Of a stretch of 64,000 bases of DNA, positions 8,439-15,627 are shown piece by piece. The notes below the pieces were generated by a model. The model saw nothing but the letters and a program-made list of their open reading frames with translations. It searched no databases and was not told the DNA's origin. The position numbers and the translations under genes are program-made. The DNA is from an uncultured Bacteroidaceae bacterium (lineage in GTDB: Bacteria > Bacillota > Clostridia > Christensenellales > CAG-917), in the NCBI GenBank assembly GCA_964550635.1, contig CAZJZV010000001.1:103913-167912 (forward strand), written 5' to 3'. The stretch's first letter is position 1. The number at the start of each line of letters is the position of its first letter.

Positions 8439-9553
8439 GCGGCATAGGGTATCTCGACTTCTTGATTTTGTCCGTTTTTCACCGCGGGCACGTCTTGTGC
8501 GTAGTCGTACATAAACCGCGAATGCACGCCGTATCCCCTTGTCGCATCCCCTATGAAAACGTGCGTAACCGCACCGACAAGCAGACCGTTTTGTATGATA
8601 GGACTTCCGCTCATACCCTGCACGATACCGCCCGTTTTTTCAATAAGCTCCTTATCTCTCACGGACAGGACGAGACCTTTTTCGCTCGCTCCGCTCTGCG
8701 ACACGACCTTCACAATATCCACGTCGTAGAGTTTAGGCTCCGTACCGCTCACTGTCGTGAAAATCTGCGCTCTGCCAATCTTCACTTCCCCCTTTTCCGC
8801 AATGCGAATCATATCCCCGACAGGCTCGTCGTAGTACTCGCCGTATATACCTATATCCGTGTTCTTTTCGATATTGCCGATAGGTGTGTCAAGGCGGTTT
8901 AGAGATGCAACCAATCCCCCTGCTTGCGACTTCGTGCCTTTGATGACGTCATTCACGGAAGTCGGAAAGATATTCCCCGACTGCAACTCTTCGCAAGCAT
9001 TCGTTTCCACGTCCAAAACGTGATGACCGAGTGCGCCGTATCTGCCGTTTTCGGTGACGAAAGTCATCGTACCGACACCGCCAACGTCTTCTTTTGCGAC
9101 GAGTCCGATTTTCTTTTCATCGGAGAGTTTGTCAACCGCAGGCTCGACGGATATTATCTCTTCGTTACCACTCTTTCTTCTGACGACAAGTTCAACTTCT
9201 CCGTCCGAATTTTCAACTGCGCGTTTGAGTTTGTAGATGCTATCCGCCTTTTCGCCCTGAATTTCGACGATGACGTCCCCTTTCCCGAGCGAGAATTTCT
9301 CAAGCGGAAAGACTTCTCCGTTTTCTGTTGCCACCGCCCCTACGTCGACGACGATTAGTCCGTCCGTTTTGACCGCTATCCCGATAGGATAACCGCCCAA
9401 CCGCACGTATTTTCCGTCCGACGTGTCTGCGTAAGCAATTTCACCGCTTGAAAACACCGCGCAACCCGCCGAAAAGACAAACAATGCCACCACACATAAT
9501 CTCAAAATTTTTCTCATACCCATAGTTTGCGCCCAATCGATCGACAAACGCAT
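8435..9553 (-). CDS. spoIVB: SpoIVB peptidase (S55 family, PDZ + serine peptidase)
   Basis: PDZ-like region GDVIVEIQGEKADS and the S55 catalytic region GGIVQGMSGSPIIQNGLLVGAVTHVF. The start is uncertain, with ATGs at 9553, 9523 and 9517. Confidence 0.85.
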   Translation of the reverse strand: MRLSIDWAQTMGMRKILRLCVVALFVFSAGCAVFSSGEIAYADTSDGKYVRLGGYPIGIAVKTDGLIVVDVGAVATENGEVFPLEKFSLGKGDVIVEIQGEKADSIYKLKRAVENSDGEVELVVRRKSGNEEIISVEPAVDKLSDEKKIGLVAKEDVGGVGTMTFVTENGRYGALGHHVLDVETNACEELQSGNIFPTSVNDVIKGTKSQAGGLVASLNRLDTPIGNIEKNTDIGIYGEYYDEPVGDMIRIAEKGEVKIGRAQIFTTVSGTEPKLYDVDIVKVVSQSGASEKGLVLSVRDKELIEKTGGIVQGMSGSPIIQNGLLVGAVTHVFIGDATRGYGVHSRFMYDYAQDVPAVKNGQNQEVEIPYAA

Positions 9554-9565
9554 GACAAATTATGG

Positions 9566-9595
9566 AAAAACCGCTCCAAACGGAGTGCTTTTTTA
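9566..9595. terminator. Terminator-like hairpin (CCGCTCC-aaac-GGAGTGC + T6) flanked by an A5 run
   Basis: The stem carries a G-U pair on the plus-strand RNA and an A-C mismatch on the minus-strand RNA. It is near-identical to the hairpin at 45440-45466. It sits only ~13 nt upstream of the first spoIVB ATG. Confidence 0.3.
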
Positions 9596-9611
9596 TAAGG
9601 TGCCGTCCCCG

Positions 9612-9640
9612 GAGATTCCCACGCTTCGCTCGGAATGACA
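9612..9640. repeat. 29-nt dispersed repeat, copy 1 (GAGATTCCCACGCTTCGCTCGGAATGACA)
   Basis: Identical 29-mer at 15530-15558 in the same orientation. Similarity extends about 13 nt further left. Contains the ATTCC/GGAAT inverted arms and a GCGAAGC core on the minus strand. Confidence 0.9.
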
Positions 9641-9680
9641 CTCATAAAACGGCGATATTTGGATGCAGAACAAGGAAACA

Positions 9681-9731
9681 AAAAATCCGACGACCGAAGC
9701 GCACTTGCGTACGTGAGGGTGTCGGATTTTT
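9681..9731. terminator. Long-loop inverted repeat AAAAATCCGAC / GTCGGATTTTT (possible bidirectional terminator)
   Basis: 11-nt perfect arms with a 29-nt loop, downstream of the FAD-protein gene on the minus strand. Confidence 0.35.
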
Positions 9732-9897
9732 ACATATAAATATTCGTTTTGCGCCGAGCCGCCTCAAGCAAAACGCACCGCTATCGCGTTTGCGGCAGAG
9801 CACACAGGCGATGTGCGTCGGCGCTCGATGCAAGGCATCGACATTCGGCGCCGAGAGCGGCAGACCAGGAAAAACGAAGTTTTTATCGTGTCGCCGC

Positions 9898-11286
9898 TCA
9901 AATTTGGCGCGCCATTAGTACGCCCATCACCGATGCCATCATCAAGCCTCTAGTCCAACCGCTACTGTCGCCCAAGCAGTGAAGTCCTTTGATGGACGTG
10001 TTGAGTGCGGTGTCCATTTTGATTTTGTTGCTGTAGAACTTGAGTTCGGGGGAATACAGGAGAGTTTCGTAGCCTGCAAATCCGGGAACGACTTGGTCTA
10101 CCGCTTGGATAAATCCAAGAATGTTGGTGAGTGAACGATAAGGCATTGCCGCGGTTATATCCCCTGCGACTGCGTCCTTGAGCGTAGGTTTGACATTCGA
10201 GAAGTTGAGTTCTTTTTGCCATGTGCGTTTGCCCGCCAAGATGTCGCCGTAGCGTTGCACGAGAATTTTGCCCGCGCCGAGCATATTGGTGAGTTCGCCT
10301 ATCTTGATTGCGTATTCGATAGGTTGTTTGAACGGTTCGGTGAAGGAGTGCGAGCAAAGGATTGCAAGGTTGGTATTTTCGCTCTTGAGTTCCTTATAGC
10401 TATGGCCGTTGACGACTGCAAGGTCGTTGTCGTAGTTCTCTTGAGAGACGAAACCGCCGGGGTTTTGGCAGAAGATACGGACCTTGTTTTTGAAGGGAGC
10501 GGGATAGCCGATGAGTTTGCTTTCGTAGAGTACTGAGTTGATTTCTTCCATAATCTCATTGCGGACTTCCACTCTGACACCGATATCGACGACGCCGGGA
10601 GCGTGAGCGATATTGTGTTCCGCACAGATTTTTTCGAGCCATTCCGCACCGCGTCTACCCGTTGCGATGATGGTTTTTTCAGCGTACACTTCTTCTCTAA
10701 CGCCGTTTATGGTCACGTATGCGCCCTTGCATTCGTCGTTTTCGAGAATGATATTGTCGCACTCTGCGCCGAAGAAGATATCCACACCGTTGGTGATGAG
10801 ATATTGTTCGATGTCGTAGTAGATTTGTTGAGCCTTTTCGGTGCCCATATGGCGAATGGGGCAATCCACGAGTTTAAGCCCTGCTTTGATTGCTTTTTTG
10901 CGGATTTCCTTGACCTTATCTTCGTTGCCGAGACCTTCGATATGCTCGTCCGCGCCGAATTCAAGGTAGATTTTGTCGGTGTAGTTGATGAGTTCTTGTG
11001 CAAAATCCGTGCCGATAAGTTCGGGAAGCGCACCGCCTACCTCTTGAGATAGAGAAAGTTTGCCGTCCGAAAACGCACCTGCGCCCGAAAAACCGGTCGT
11101 AATATGGCAATAAGGCTTGCAATTCATACATTTGCCCGTTTGGGATTTGGGGCAACGTCTGTTTTCGACCGCCTTGCCCTTTTCAAAGATAACGATTTTC
11201 TTATCCGAACCGCGTCTGATGAGTTCGAGAGCGGTGAAAATACCGGCAGGACCGGCGCCGACTATACATACATCATACTTTTTCAT
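9898..11286 (-). CDS. FAD-dependent oxidoreductase (COG2509-like uncharacterised dehydrogenase)
   Basis: N-terminal dinucleotide-binding motif MKKYDVCIVGAGPAGIFTALEL. 462 aa. Confidence 0.75.
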   Translation of the reverse strand: MKKYDVCIVGAGPAGIFTALELIRRGSDKKIVIFEKGKAVENRRCPKSQTGKCMNCKPYCHITTGFSGAGAFSDGKLSLSQEVGGALPELIGTDFAQELINYTDKIYLEFGADEHIEGLGNEDKVKEIRKKAIKAGLKLVDCPIRHMGTEKAQQIYYDIEQYLITNGVDIFFGAECDNIILENDECKGAYVTINGVREEVYAEKTIIATGRRGAEWLEKICAEHNIAHAPGVVDIGVRVEVRNEIMEEINSVLYESKLIGYPAPFKNKVRIFCQNPGGFVSQENYDNDLAVVNGHSYKELKSENTNLAILCSHSFTEPFKQPIEYAIKIGELTNMLGAGKILVQRYGDILAGKRTWQKELNFSNVKPTLKDAVAGDITAAMPYRSLTNILGFIQAVDQVVPGFAGYETLLYSPELKFYSNKIKMDTALNTSIKGLHCLGDSSGWTRGLMMASVMGVLMARQI

Positions 11287-11426
11287 ATCTCACCTCTATG
11301 CACCTTTTGGCGCAACCTTAGCGACTTTATCACGGAATTGCGATTTTGTCAATACTTATTTTATATAAATAGGCAAGATATAGTCAAGCGGATTTTTTTG
11401 CGCTATGACGGTTGGCGAATTTTGAT

Positions 11427-12122
11427 TTAGAAAAGTTCTTCGCGTTTGACGTGGTCGCGGACTTTTTCAAGGGACTTCTTCTCTATCCGACTGACGTAAC
11501 TGCGGGATATGCCGAATTTATCCGCCACTTCGCGTTGCGTTAGTCCGCCGTTTCCGTCAAGTCCGTAGCGAAGAGATATGATTTCGTATTCCCTATCGTC
11601 GAGCACCGCACGAGTGATTTCGACAAGTCTTGCCATAACGATATCCCTTTCGGTGTTTTCGATGACGTTTTCATCGTCCGCAAGCATATCCATCAAAGTC
11701 AATTCGTTTCCGTCCCTATCCGTCCCCATCGGGTCAGACAAAGATACGGTATTCTTATGTTTTTTGTTCACGCGCAGAGTCATAAGGATTTCGTTTTCAA
11801 TGCAACGAGAGGCGTAAGTCGCAAGTTGTATGCCCTTTTCGGGTTTGAAAGAGTCGATCGCCTTGATGAGTCCGATAGAGCCGACCGAAATAAGTTCGTC
11901 GTTATCACCGTAGTTTGCGTACTTTTTGACGATATGAGCGACAAGGCGGAGATTGTGTTTGACGAGAATATCCTTTGCGGATTTATCCCCCTGACTCGCC
12001 CTTGTGAGATAAACGCTTTCCATTTCTTTTGAGAGCGGCATGGGAAAAGACTTCTTTTCACTGACGAACGACGAATATATGAGCAAGTTTTTGATGAGCG
12101 CGAAAAAACTTTCAAGTGCCAT
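11427..12122 (-). CDS. sigK: RNA polymerase sporulation sigma factor SigK (pro-sigma-K, uninterrupted)
   Basis: The pro-sequence ends ...SFVSEKKSFPMPLS, followed by HNLRLVAHIVKKY and ATYASRCIENEILM, very close to B. subtilis pro-SigK. There is no skin-like insertion. Confidence 0.85.
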   Translation of the reverse strand: MALESFFALIKNLLIYSSFVSEKKSFPMPLSKEMESVYLTRASQGDKSAKDILVKHNLRLVAHIVKKYANYGDNDELISVGSIGLIKAIDSFKPEKGIQLATYASRCIENEILMTLRVNKKHKNTVSLSDPMGTDRDGNELTLMDMLADDENVIENTERDIVMARLVEITRAVLDDREYEIISLRYGLDGNGGLTQREVADKFGISRSYVSRIEKKSLEKVRDHVKREELF

Positions 12123-12141
12123 AATACCTCCAAAGTTCTAC

Positions 12142-12149
12142 AATATATG
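12142..12149 (-). promoter_or_regulatory. Candidate mother-cell (sigma-E/K-type) -10 element CATATATT upstream of sigK
   Basis: The minus strand reads tgtCATATATTgtagaactttGGAGGtattATG, resembling the CATAcanT / CATAnnnTa consensus. No convincing -35 element. Confidence 0.25.
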
Positions 12150-12213
12150 ACAAAACTCCGCGCCAATTGACTGCAAAAAGAAAAATAATGCGGCGACAAC
12201 GAAAAAATTGCAT

Positions 12214-12237
12214 GAAAAAACCCGACTAAAGTCGGGT
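12214..12237 (-). terminator. Intrinsic terminator after nrdR
   Basis: The minus strand reads ACCCGAC-TTTA-GTCGGGT followed by TTTTTTC. Confidence 0.6.
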
Positions 12238-12257
12238 TTGAATGGTCAAAATGGATT

Positions 12258-12743
12258 TTACTTTTTGGGTTTGTCAGAGGAGAGAGTTTCTTTCAATTTC
12301 ACAAGACCTTCGATTTCTTCGAGCAAGGTGTTGATGTCCTTGAATTGACGGTGGACGGACGCATAACGCACATATGCGACTTCGTCGATTTCTTTGAGTC
12401 CTTCCATAACGAGATCGCCGATATAATCGGATGCGACTTCTTGATCGAGGCTGTTGAGTATCTTGCGTTGAATGTCCGTGACGAGTCTGTCGATAGCGGT
12501 CATCGAGATGGGGCGTTTTTCGCAGGCTTTCATGATGCCGAGTTTCACTTTGCCGATGTCGAAAATTTGTCTGCTACCGTCCTTCTTGACGACGAGAACG
12601 GGGGTATTTTCAATGGTTTCGTAAGTCGTGAAGCGTTTCCCGCAACCGATGCATTCGCGACGACGACGAATGGAAGTGCCTTCTTCGTTTTGTCTGCTGT
12701 CGACGACTTTGCTATCCATACAACCGCAATAGATACATTTCAT
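12258..12743 (-). CDS. nrdR: Transcriptional repressor NrdR
   Basis: Zinc ribbon MKCIYCGCMDSKVVDSR...CIGCGKRFTTYE followed by an ATP-cone. Confidence 0.92.
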   Translation of the reverse strand: MKCIYCGCMDSKVVDSRQNEEGTSIRRRRECIGCGKRFTTYETIENTPVLVVKKDGSRQIFDIGKVKLGIMKACEKRPISMTAIDRLVTDIQRKILNSLDQEVASDYIGDLVMEGLKEIDEVAYVRYASVHRQFKDINTLLEEIEGLVKLKETLSSDKPKK

Positions 12744-12863
12744 TTTTCTACCTCAAAAGATAATTATCTTTTAGATTATACAATATCTTGCGCCGTTTGT
12801 AAAGATATTAACAAAAAAAACCATATTTTGCATAATCGCTCCGAAAAATACATATTTTTTGGT

Positions 12864-13139
12864 ATGAACAAGCAGTATTCGTTTTCGGAATTGAGCAGAA
12901 AAAGAACGATAAACGTGGCGGAAGGTTGCGAGTTAGGACACGTGTGCGACGTAGTATTCACCGCAAACGGAAGAGTTACGGGCATAGTCGTCCCCGGAAA
13001 AAAGAGTTTTTTGAAATCCTTTTCAAACAGTGAAAACCTTTTCATTCCTTGGTGCAATATCATCAAAGTCGGCAGTGACGTGATACTCGTTGAAGCGTGC
13101 GGAGCGACGGTCTGCGCCGAGAGCGAAGACCAAGAATGA
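12864..13139 (+). CDS. ylmC: YlmC/YmxH-family sporulation protein (PRC-barrel)
   Basis: This is the 3' third of ORF 12345..13139, starting at the ATG at 12864: MNKQYSFSELSRKRTINVAEGCELGHVCDVVF...IPWCNIIKVGSDVILV. The upstream part of that ORF is antisense to nrdR. Confidence 0.75.
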   Translation: MNKQYSFSELSRKRTINVAEGCELGHVCDVVFTANGRVTGIVVPGKKSFLKSFSNSENLFIPWCNIIKVGSDVILVEACGATVCAESEDQE

Positions 13140-13150
13140 TATGTAGCCGC

Positions 13151-13918
13151 TCACATAGTGAGCGTTTTTCGAAGTTTTTGAATTGCGGACGTTTCAAGCC
13201 GAGAAATCTGCGCCTGACTTATCCCCGTTATCGCACTGATTTCAACCTGCGTTTTCCCTTCATAATAGCGAAGTCGCAAGACGTTCATTTCTTTTTTGGG
13301 AATTTGTTTCATCGCTTCTTCGAGAGAAATTCTCTCACTCCAAATATCCGCGTTTTCTCTGTCGTCCGCGATTTTGTCGATGAGAAGAGTGCCTTCCTCT
13401 TCCCCGTAGACAGGTTCATAAAAGGATAGCGTATCGCTGACCGCATCGAGAGCGCAAGCAACGTCGGATAGCGGTATTCCGATTTCTTCCGCGATTTCGA
13501 CAAGTTCGGGCTCTTTCTCGGAGTCGGACAACGATTCTCTTGCTTTCAACGCTTTGAACGCGGTATCGCGCATACTTCTCGACACCTTAATCCCCGTCCT
13601 ATCTCGCAAACATTTTTTGATTTCACCGATAATCATCGGAACTGCGTAAGTCGAAAAGCACACCCCGATAGAAACATCGAAGTTGTTGAGTGCTTTCAAG
13701 AGTCCGACCATACCCACTTGAAACAAGTCGTCGGGATTTTCGTGTGAATTTGAAAACCGCCCTACGATTGACAATACGAGTCGCATATTCGCGTACACGA
13801 ACTTTTCGCGAGCGTCGTTGTCGCCGTCAAGTGCAAGTCGCAAGAGGTTTTCACTCTCTGTTTTGTTCAGTTTCGGAAGTGCGGACGTATCGAGTCCGCA
13901 AACGGTAACTTTACTCAA
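13151..13918 (-). CDS. sigG: RNA polymerase sporulation sigma factor SigG
   Basis: SigF/G-type sequence (VCGLDTSALPKL, ANMRLVLSIVGRF, FSTYAVPMIIGEI). Position directly after sigE matches spoIIGA-sigE-sigG. TTG start with a GGAGG SD. Confidence 0.85.
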   Translation of the reverse strand: MSKVTVCGLDTSALPKLNKTESENLLRLALDGDNDAREKFVYANMRLVLSIVGRFSNSHENPDDLFQVGMVGLLKALNNFDVSIGVCFSTYAVPMIIGEIKKCLRDRTGIKVSRSMRDTAFKALKARESLSDSEKEPELVEIAEEIGIPLSDVACALDAVSDTLSFYEPVYGEEEGTLLIDKIADDRENADIWSERISLEEAMKQIPKKEMNVLRLRYYEGKTQVEISAITGISQAQISRLETSAIQKLRKTLTM

Positions 13919-13940
13919 AATAGCCTCCTTATAGCGAATT

Positions 13941-13967
13941 TGCTATGTAAGAAGGCTAAAACTATTC
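13941..13967 (-). promoter_or_regulatory. Candidate forespore (sigma-F/G-type) promoter for sigG
   Basis: The minus strand reads GAATA-N15-CATAGCA, against the gnATr-15-CAtnnTA consensus as I recall it. It lies in the sigE-sigG gap. Confidence 0.3.
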
Positions 13968-13996
13968 TAAATTTTGCGCATTTTTAGAAAACTTAT

Positions 13997-14692
13997 TCAA
14001 CCAAGTTTGAGGAGTTCCTTTTTGAGCCCCGCGACAATCTTCTTCTCAAGCCTAGAAATATACGACTGTGATATGCCCATCATCTCCGCAATTTCCTTTT
14101 GAGTCATCTCCTCTTTTCCGCCGAGTCCGAAACGCAGTTCAACGATTTGTCGCTCCCGCTCTCCGAGTTTTTTGAAACTTTCCATGAGCATTTCTTTCTC
14201 GTCTTTCATCTCGACGTCGTGATAAATCGCATCTGGTTCGGTGCCAAGCACGTCGCTGAGCAGTAGCACGTTACCTTCCCAATCCACGTTGAGCGGTTCG
14301 TCAAGAGAAATCTCTCCCCTTGTGCGACTGATTTTTCGTAGATACATCAAGATTTCGTTTTCGATACATCTCGATGCAAAAGTCGCAAGTTTGATATTTT
14401 TACTGCTATCAAATCCCGAAACCGCCTTAATCAGTCCCATTGTGCCGATTGAAACAAGGTCGTCGAGTTCGACACCAGTGTTGTCAAACTTCTTCGCTAT
14501 GTAGACGACGAGTCGCAAATTGCGCTCGATGAGCGTTAATCGTGCTTTTTCGTCCCCCTCAACCATTCTTGCGACGGTTTCCGCCTCTTCTTCAGGGGTT
14601 AAAGGCGCAGGCAGGCTCTCGCCCGAGGACACGTAATCAACTCTGTCAAGTCCCAAACAGGACAAAATTTTTGCAATCAATTTTTTCAACAT
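13997..14692 (-). CDS. sigE: RNA polymerase sporulation sigma factor SigE (pro-sigma-E)
   Basis: Pro-sequence followed by RNLRLVVYIAKKF and ATFASRCIENEILMYLRK. Directly follows spoIIGA. Confidence 0.9.
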   Translation of the reverse strand: MLKKLIAKILSCLGLDRVDYVSSGESLPAPLTPEEEAETVARMVEGDEKARLTLIERNLRLVVYIAKKFDNTGVELDDLVSIGTMGLIKAVSGFDSSKNIKLATFASRCIENEILMYLRKISRTRGEISLDEPLNVDWEGNVLLLSDVLGTEPDAIYHDVEMKDEKEMLMESFKKLGERERQIVELRFGLGGKEEMTQKEIAEMMGISQSYISRLEKKIVAGLKKELLKLG

Positions 14693-14701
14693 AATAACCT
14701 C

Positions 14702-15454
14702 TCAAAACATAGTGTTTTGCAAAATCAAATCACAATCGTCAAAGTCGCTATCAGAGATTGCGCCGTATGCATCCAACTCTTTACCGCGCACGACAATCTT
14801 GTCGAGTTTTACAAGCGGTAGACTGCTTTCACTGTTCACCGTTTTCACCGATATGAAACCTTGAATGTCAACTTTTCCGTCATCTAATGCGGTCAATTTG
14901 TTTTCAAACGACTTTGACAAGATGACTACGGGCTTGCCTGAAAACTCATCGACAAGGGAATTTCCACTGTCGCATAGCGCACGCGCGACCGCAGAATATC
15001 CGTCAATCACAACGTCCACGTTGCAAATTTTGCGTCTGAATTTTGACTGCGTAACAACAAACGAAAGCACTACGATTTCAAACGCAACCGCACATAAACA
15101 CGTTAGTCCCAAAAGCGGATAACCGTATATATCCACACCGATCAAATTGCGTATGCCTTCGATAATTCCGCCAAGCGAATAAGTGAGCAAAACGAAAGTC
15201 AAAAGCGTAGGAAGATACTCTTTTCTCGACTTGACGAGCGGCAAAGTCATCAAAGGCGCAAGCACAATTCTCGTCAAAATTTTCATCCATTGTGGCATTA
15301 TCGCATAGCAAACCGCAACGCACGCACCTAAAAAACATAGCATTAGAATACGGATTTTCGATATTTTTGACCGCCTGAAAGCGAGTGTTGACACGACGAG
15401 CAACAAGTCGATGAAAAAGTTGTTGATGAAAACTATCTCCACGTACACTTTCAT
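14702..15454 (-). CDS. spoIIGA: Sigma-E processing peptidase SpoIIGA
   Basis: Starts MKVYVEIVFINNFFIDLLLV, with about 5 TM segments and the aspartic-protease motif CDSGNSL. I moved the start to 15454. The 40 upstream codons of the ORF are read-through of the 29-nt repeat. Confidence 0.8.
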   Translation of the reverse strand: MKVYVEIVFINNFFIDLLLVVSTLAFRRSKISKIRILMLCFLGACVAVCYAIMPQWMKILTRIVLAPLMTLPLVKSRKEYLPTLLTFVLLTYSLGGIIEGIRNLIGVDIYGYPLLGLTCLCAVAFEIVVLSFVVTQSKFRRKICNVDVVIDGYSAVARALCDSGNSLVDEFSGKPVVILSKSFENKLTALDDGKVDIQGFISVKTVNSESSLPLVKLDKIVVRGKELDAYGAISDSDFDDCDLILQNTMF

Positions 15455-15529
15455 ACCCCGACTATACCCCTTATCAACTGCGAAATCTTTCTTTTCGTGG
15501 CAGTCGTTGAATTTTTGGTGCGCTCCCGC

Positions 15530-15558
15530 GAGATTCCCACGCTTCGCTCGGAATGACA
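15530..15558. repeat. 29-nt dispersed repeat, copy 2
   Basis: Identical to 9612-9640. It lies between the ftsZ terminator and the spoIIGA start, 76-104 nt upstream of the ATG. Confidence 0.9.
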
Positions 15559-15580
15559 GCAATATACAAAGCATATAAGT

Positions 15581-15608
15581 AAAAACGACCGCGCGGTTGC
15601 ACGGTCGT
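15581..15608 (-). terminator. Intrinsic terminator after ftsZ
   Basis: The minus strand reads ACGACCG-(10-nt loop)-CGGTCGT followed by TTTTTAC. Confidence 0.55.
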
Positions 15609-15627
15609 CATATTGATTAGATTTTGA

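Noticed and set aside
9441-9641. The peptide SFRAKRGNL shared by ORF 9441-9641 and the 5' end of ORF 14702-15574, suggesting a conserved protein module.
   Set aside because: It is the translation of the identical 29-nt DNA repeat. Both ORF segments lie upstream of the credible start codons, so the conservation is at DNA level.
9562-9918. A 118-aa plus-strand ORF and a 63-aa minus-strand ORF in the spoIVB upstream gap.
   Set aside because: They are extremely Arg/Cys-rich with no SD, and they are built from GC-rich hairpin arms.
11427-12122. Checked sigK for a skin-like intervening element or split gene.
   Set aside because: The ORF is continuous from the pro-sequence through region 4. No recombinase gene or interruption is present.
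15455-15627. Looked for Spo0A boxes (TGTCGAA) in the spoIIGA upstream region, including within the 29-nt repeat (TGTCATT, GAGCGAA).
   Set aside because: Only partial matches with at least 2 mismatches were found. That is not enough to call 0A boxes by eye.
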